Assembly: GCA_907165135.1 (NCBI GenBank)
Contig: OU015566.1
Coordinates: 10,602,001-10,666,000, forward strand
Length of the DNA: 64,000 nucleotides
Direction of reading: 5' to 3'
DNA from: Oikopleura dioica
Lineage: Eukaryota; Animalia; Chordata
The notes under the pieces were generated by a model, which saw nothing but the letters and a program-made list of their open reading frames with translations, searched no databases and was not told the origin of the DNA. The stretch's first letter is position 1. The number at the start of each line of letters is the position of its first letter. Of this stretch, positions 57,344 through 64,000 are shown in pieces. The translations under genes and the position numbers were made by a program.

Positions 57344-59359
57344 ATGTTCCCGAGTTTGTTTCTGTTTTTATTAGCTGTTATCGCTGCTCAATTAAGGAGG
57401 GAGATCGAATGCGAGTAAGTTTAATAATGGCTGAAAAGGACTGAGTCAAAATTTTAGAGACCAAGAACTTCATGACACTTGTCTGACTGAATGTCGACTA
57501 ATTTACATCGATTGCTTGTCGGACTGCGATACATCCTTCTGCAATAGCGAATGCTTGCTCGACTTCCAAGGTTAAGATTCTAATGATCAGATGTCATTTA
57601 CCAAATTCATAGACTGCGACTCTTTTTGCCCTTGTGGATATAACTGTCCCTCTGGATGCGAGGATTGTGACCACCCTCTTTGTTTGCCTTTTTGTGAAGA
57701 TGCTGAACTTAATAATGACGAGTACCAATTACAGTTAATTATGGAATTTCTGGACATTTTTTGTCGCACACTTTTCACAAAAATGTCCAGAAATTTGATA
57801 CATAACCTTGAAAAAAATGTCCCACCACAATTGCTTAAAATTTTTCACGGAGGAAAAAAAAACGTTTTTTTTTTGAAAAAATTGATTAAAACAATAATAA
57901 AGTGCGATGAAGCAGCGAATTTTGCTTAAAATACTAAGATTCTACAAGAAAAAGTCTTCTTCGTAAATAGAATAACCTTTCATAACTCAAATTTGACTAT
58001 AAATTTCGGAGTCGAAAATCTTTTTTGAGAAAAAATGTCCAGAAATTTGATACTTTTGGTTTTTAAAAGTGTCCCAATTAAACCCCTTAAAATTCGAAAA
58101 ATGTCCAGAAATTTGATGTCCAGAAATTCCATAAAAAACTGTATGTTTGAACGAAAAAATCGACCAAATGGTATTCCTATATATTTTTAAATAAATAACC
58201 AAGTAAGAAAAGGACCTGTGTTTGAAGTCATCTTCACCATTTTTGGGAAACTATGATTCTTGCTACGAATCTTTCCGAGAGAATGTGTCATCGTGCCCTT
58301 GCGTAGAAGATCAGACTCAAAAGGAACCGGTTTGCACTCCTTAAAAACCGAGAACGTGGATATTTTTAGGGCGACGTCTCTATACTATCCATTCTCCACG
58401 ATGTCAGTCAAAGCTATGTTATGTCTGGAGATGGATCATCGAAAATTTCCGCAGAGATAGAAGAACAAAAGCGAGGCCAAGTCATGTTCGCAAAACACGC
58501 GATCATAAAAGAAAAGCTTTATCTTTTTGGAACCGGAACAAAGGTTACTTTAAAACAAATAAATTTCAATAAATATTACTTAGATCGCGATTCTCTTCGA
58601 ATGCAGCGTTATTGAAATCGCAGAAAAATTAATCTATAATCGCGATGAACGAGCTGAGGCACTGTCCATTACTGAAGGATCTCAAGGTATGTAAATCAAT
58701 TTAACCCTTCTTTAATTTTTCTAGCTCTGATATGCTTTAGCGAAAATTCCAATGAGTGCGAGATTTTTGATGGGCGTACTTCTCGACGCACCCTGAATTC
58801 CACTTTTACGCATGATCTTGGAGGCCTCGGCTATTACAAAGGACAGCCAACATCAGTCGGCTGCCAAAGTACGAACAATAAGAAAACAGAGACTCTTACA
58901 GCTTCCGGATGGACGACTCTTCCTGATTTTCCAGAGTAAATTTGAATCCTTCTTTTGCAGATCATAGTTTTTAGAAATTACGCTAGCCATAACCTAATTG
59001 GCTTGAAAAATGGTGGAATGATCCTTGTTGGTGGATATAATGCAGTTGGATATTTTTCCCGAATATGGCAACTAAAAGACAATAGGTGGACGAAACTTGG
59101 TGATTTACAAACTGTAAAAACTGGTCATTTTAATTTGTTCATCCATTTTAAGGCACACGGTCTCGGGTCTGCAATTTTTACGGGCAATTCTATCTACGTT
59201 TTTCCAGGAGGGCCGAAGACTGAAAACGAGCATGCAATTCAACGGATCGATTTTACTGCTGGAGAGGACTTCTTGCAAACACAGATCATCGGGTATCATT
59301 CTGGATGGTACAAATACCCAATTCTTCTTGAAACATCTGCTTATTACTGTCGTTATTAG
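57344..59359 (+). pseudogene. Secreted Cys-rich plus kelch-like repeat protein gene, interrupted by a MITE
   Basis: Signal peptide MFPSLFLFLLAVIAA; Cys-rich exons (CPCGYNCPSGCEDCDHPLC); repeats LGGLGYYKGQPTSVG, WTTLPDFP, LIGLKNGGMILVGG, WTKLGDL. Removing the MITE restores EYQLCLNEKIDQM. Confidence 0.75.
57732..58141 (-). mobile_element. Tc1/mariner-type MITE, copy 2 (inverted relative to copy 1)
   Basis: Reverse complement of 9905-10314 with only a few differences, mostly in homopolymer runs; TA duplicated at 57730-57731 and 58142-58143. Confidence 0.93.
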
Positions 59360-60028
59360 AGAAAACGCTGCCGTGCAGTCAAATGATATCAATAAAATAA
59401 AGAGACGAGCATTTGTTTCTCTCAAGAAACAATCATAATTATTGAGATTACGCAAGGCGATGTGAGCTCAGCAGATTCGTAGCTGCAAGTCTGAGCTCGT
59501 AACATTATAAAACTGCTGCTAAACTTGACCATTATTTGCCAAGGGGTTCGTAAACAGTGCATTTTTAACTCGCTCTTCAGAGAAAACTTTATTAATTCAA
59601 AATAACGAGAAATAAAATGTAAGTTTCAGATTTCAATAACTCATAATTTCGCTTGCAAGGTACAAAAAGCAGAAACAAATAATCTTTCCCCGCCGAACAA
59701 GTCTCCAGCGAAAAATCATCGACCATTTCCGCAAAAATCACTTAGAAGAAATCATAGAAGAGAATCCCATTGAAGACGAACTGATGAAAGCCTGGCAAGC
59801 TGCTTTTGAAAAACAAAAACTCGAAGAAATGGAGCGAAATCAACGAAGAGGATCTTTTTAATGATTTAAATAAAATTGACATCGTTTTGAATTTATTGGT
59901 ATTGCAACTTTACGTGAACTTTTAAACAGTCAATTAAAGATTTTGAGCGATGAGTTTAGTATTACTAAAGGATTCTGATATGAGGAGATGTAGGGTGGAA
60001 GTTTTCTTTCTTGAAGAGATGGTAAATT

Positions 60029-61110
60029 CTAGCCGGTTTCTTTTGTGATCATCTGGCGTCCGAGGCCATAAGGAGTCATCCCTTTTTGGGAGGCCACTTG
60101 ATTAGTGCCCATCTAAAAAGTTATCTTACAACAAGAATAATTCGTATTTTACGTCTTCTCACTTCAGATCACGCCCAATTAGCCCGTTTGATTAATAAAG
60201 ATTGATGGAAAAATAAATTGGAAGCGCTCCAGAACGCGCTCGTTACCGCATTGAAGGCTCACCTGAAGACTGATGATGTTTTTGCCCGCTTGAAGGGTCG
60301 CTTCTGAAAAATCTCGACGGTTTTCGTCGGCCATTTTTGCTCCAATAACCGGGCCTTCGAATTTCTTTTTCTGGGCCATCGATCCAATCTTAAAGAAGTA
60401 CAGTTTCTATTCGAGTTCGAATGGGAAAACTTACATTATACAGTCCTGTCTGGACCTGTGCCATATTCTGACCATCGGTCAAATCGACAGTTTGAAACAA
60501 GTTGCTGCTCGGCACACCGTAGTTCTGCGCTGCTTGAAGAAAGAATGAAATATTTTCATTTGCTTTGTGTCCTCTCAGCGCCTAAAAATAGCGTAAAAAT
60601 GTAATTCAAAAATATATCTTAAGTGAAGTACCTGTAATTTAATTTTGCTGACGTCATGCGGGCGTTTACATATTCCCGGCTGAAGGACGTCCATTAGAGC
60701 GCATAAAATTGTTCCATCGGAGAGCCATTGTCGGAAAGCTTCAGGGCCTTCTTCGTTTGGGCCATCGACGTTTGTGATGTCGCATAGCCAGGCGATGATC
60801 TCTTGCTCGTCTTCTATCGAGTACTACAGACCGTTTAAAAATGTTTTTTCGTTTACGGAAATTTCGTTGTTGAATCAAAATCTTGATAATAAAAGCCGCG
60901 CGCGGCTGTTTTGTTGGCAGAAATTATTTCCTATATGGATTTATGAAACTGTTAAGCAAAATTATGGGTACTTTTATTAGCACGCGGAGAGTCTACCGGA
61001 GTTATTACGGTAGTAAACGATCCGCAAATAACGATTTAAAAAATTACCTTGGCATTAATTTTGTCCGCCAATTCGCGTGTCAGTCCGTATCCCTTTGGTC
61101 TAGTCGCCAT
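60029..61110 (-). CDS. TAGLN: Transgelin/SM22 (calponin family)
   Basis: MATRPKGYGLTRELADKINAK, CH domain (FRQWLSDGTILCALMDVLQPG, ENISFFLQAAQNYGV, LFQTVDL) and a single calponin repeat IISLQ/MGTNQVASQKGMTPYG; short introns. Confidence 0.9.
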
Positions 61111-64000
61111 TTCTGATATTTCTCTCGCTCGAATTTACAGTATTATTTCTCTAAAAAGAACAAAATGATCAAATAGACAGACAAGAAAAGAAAGCAAATA
61201 AGAAAGAAAAAAGAGAGGTGATGAAAAAGGAAGCTCCAAAAATCGTTGAAAGTCCACTTAGTTGAGTTATCTCTGGCCGGTTTCTTAGCGACCGGGATTA
61301 TTGGCTCACTGTAATGCTCTCACAAATTCCAAAATTCAGATCTTCTGAATTCTCAAAAATGCGTCATTTTTGCCCGGCCAGGCGAAATTTGCTCTAGGCC
61401 AGCCCGAGCGTAAAAATTTTTACAACGTAAAAAATCGCCACTGAACTCTGAAAAAAAAGAAGGAATTTTGCGAGATGAAAGAAAGTTGAATCGATTGTGA
61501 TTTGCCAAACAACACGTTTTTAACGCCACTATAGATGGACCGTTTTACGATCGAGCTTTTTGGAGCGGTAATTTTTTTAAAGGTTCCCAAGAAAAAAAAT
61601 ATATTTTCAACAAACTGGCAGAAAAATAAATTTCAGAAAATATTTATTCTATAAAATATAATGAATATGACTCCCTAGAAGATCGAGAAGTTAGCTGAAA
61701 AACTGGAAAAAATTTAAAAAGACGCACTTTGCGCGGCTTTTCTACCCTTGTATGTCCCTCTGCCTGATGCTTTGAAAAGGATGTAAGAATGAGTATTCAA
61801 ATTAAGCGCACGTAATGTCTAGCGCAGAAAGAAGGGATCAATTCGTATCCTTCCTTCCAACTTGTCAACATCGATCCGATCCCCTTTGCCAAAATCGTCT
61901 AGCACCGACTCTGGGAACGGACACAAGTTCATTATGATTGCCATTAGTAAATATTTGATGCGCTTTGAAACTCTTCCCACTTACTCGCTCCAACTCAAAT
62001 TGGTGTGCTTCCTTTTTCTCACCTGCGGGTTCACAAATGTTCTTTCACTAAAATTAACCTTGTTTACGAAATATCAGATTTGAGATAGAAAATATTAGAC
62101 AGTTTTCTTTAAAAACTAAAAAAGGGCAAACTGGTGTTATGGAAATATTTCCATGCTTCAATCGCAAGACCAAATCATAATCGAACCAAAAAGATACATT
62201 TAGGTTTAGATTTTAGCAGCTTTTTGGCGCTATTCTTCACTGCTTTATTTTGGTGCGCGTGGATCGAACTTGTCAAGTTGATATTTATGCAATATTATTG
62301 CGCGCGGCAAGAACGAAGCATGTAAGATAAGCAAGCGTTTGTTCACCGACAAACGTGCAATCTTGGCCCCTTGCCATTGCCCGGACATTTTAATGCCTTC
62401 TCGACTTCTTATTATAAGTTAAAAACTGGCCGCGAATATATTGTCTCCAGCTTTTTTATATACAGATTTGCATTTTCAAAGGCAGCTCGCGTCAAGCCAG
62501 ACATCCTCCCGTCAAGAAACTGTATTTAGAATTCGCATAAATGATGGAATTGCAATAAAAACGTCCAAAAAGAGCAACGGCTTGTTTAGGGAAGGATATC
62601 AAAGATTGACCATGTCAAAAAGAGATTAGAAAAGTTTGACAAGGCTTAGCAGTTCTGGGAAATTCGACCTTGATGAGGACTAGAGTCCATGATTTTAGCT
62701 CTTTCTCTCTCTCTAAGCAGATTCTAAGCAGCCAAAAGCCGCGTGCGGCTATTACAAAGGCTAAACAGCCTTGAGTATGAAAAAAAGAAGCTGACGGCTT
62801 TGAGATCATGACTTTTCTTCTGGCATTCCACCAGATTCAAGATAGTTCATCGTTGAAAACAACTTCTGTTAGTGAAGATAAAGTGAATCCAATACAATCT
62901 TGACGACTCCAACTCCTTCCTAAGCTCTTCCCAAAGGTGTTGGTCTTATTTCTAAGTTTGGCGCCATGCCAGGCCTCGCGGTAGCCATACTGCGGCCACG
63001 CCGCGTTGTGGCGCTGCTGCCCGATGTTCGAAGCGCTCGCCAGATAGTCGTAGTAGTAGTAGAGTCGAGTCGCACTCCTGACATTGTGCAAAACGGGGAC
63101 TTTTGTCGTTTTCCCCATGTCAATCGTAGTAGAGTGAGTAATTCGCTATTTCCCTAGAGTAAAGACCGCGCTCCACCCACACCACGAGACGGGGACACAC
63201 AGTGATCCCGTGACGCGCTCGTAGACAGCACACCCCAAGAAGAAATCCACAGAAATAGAGATAGAAAAAGAGAGAGGGACTTGAAATTCACTTACTTTCT
63301 TGGCCGAGAAATTCCATTTCTGGGCAAAGGTAAATGTATGCGTAAGCATAAACTTACCGACATCTTACATGTACCGTTGCTCAGAGACGGTCTCGCGCTA
63401 TTATCGACGATGCTGCTTGTTTTCCGTGGAATCAGTTATGACTTGATGTTGATTCTTGACTTGAGGCATAAATTCCTCTCTTGCGGTTGACGCACCTCAA
63501 GAATGTGAGATTTGGGCCACCAACGATGCTTTATTTCTTCAAATCCCATTCTGTATATTTTCCGTATCTGTCAGAAAAGCATATATAAAGCGGTAGAAAA
63601 TCCGGAGCGTAGCTGGCCCACCGCCAAATCATCTGATGCGCGACGCCGGTGTTGGCGCGCCGCCAAACTTGAGCTTGGCAGCGCTCCAAGTCGCAATAGA
63701 ATTTCTATCTTATTCCAGTTTCCACTCGGGGGCAAATCTCAGGACCAGGATCATCCGGCAGCGAAATTTTTTAAGTGTGTGTGTTGTAAAAGGCCGATTT
63801 ATGATTACGATGACGATTAATTGGAGAAGTTTATTGGTTTTATGGGGAGTTAAACTTGACATTGAAAACTTTTGGAAGAAAAAAATTTAGTAGACTTTGA
63901 AAATGTTAGGTCAACAAAATAAAGTGAGACTGACCGCAAGAAAATTTCACAGACAGGAAGTCATTCTTACGAACTGAAGCGTAACGAATCGGGCAGTTTA

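Noticed and set aside
62615-63140. Possible RNase H or retroelement remnant (RLYYYYDYL...AKLRNKTN)
   Set aside because: Natural-looking but short and stop-interrupted; catalytic residues do not fit convincingly and no LTR or RT is visible.

Overview
Compact eukaryotic DNA. Introns of about 40-50 nt, tightly packed genes and the gene families present suggest an appendicularian tunicate such as Oikopleura (inference). The main feature is a complete 37,152-bp Polinton/Maverick-type endogenous virus at 17272-54423, with AGTAGT...ACTACT ends, ~117-bp TIRs and a 6-bp TSD (CGCAGC). It encodes a protein-primed PolB, a double-jelly-roll major capsid protein, a retroviral-type integrase and an A32-like packaging ATPase. 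It also carries a ~21-kb arm of roughly 10-12 spliced orphan genes. Several properties recall adenoviruses: host-sized spliceosomal introns in core genes, two ~1-kb same-strand dual-coding regions, a candidate terminal protein split from a PolB whose vOTU-like domains look inactive, a protamine-like core protein, and three membrane glycoprotein or proteoglycan-like genes. I could not recognise a penton or maturation protease. The virus sits inside a 2.4-kb non-autonomous hAT element (16955-56527, 8-bp TSD) that carries a 56-bp hairpin minisatellite and splits a coding exon of a host 4-TM gene. A foldback/MULE element (9582-11029, 9-bp TSD) and a Tc1-type MITE (57732-58141) also interrupt coding exons. 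Host genes include a CCDC162-like gene, a secreted EGF-domain protein, a calmodulin-like EF-hand protein, a Cys-rich/kelch-like protein and transgelin. All protein assignments come from motif recognition by eye; no searches were run.
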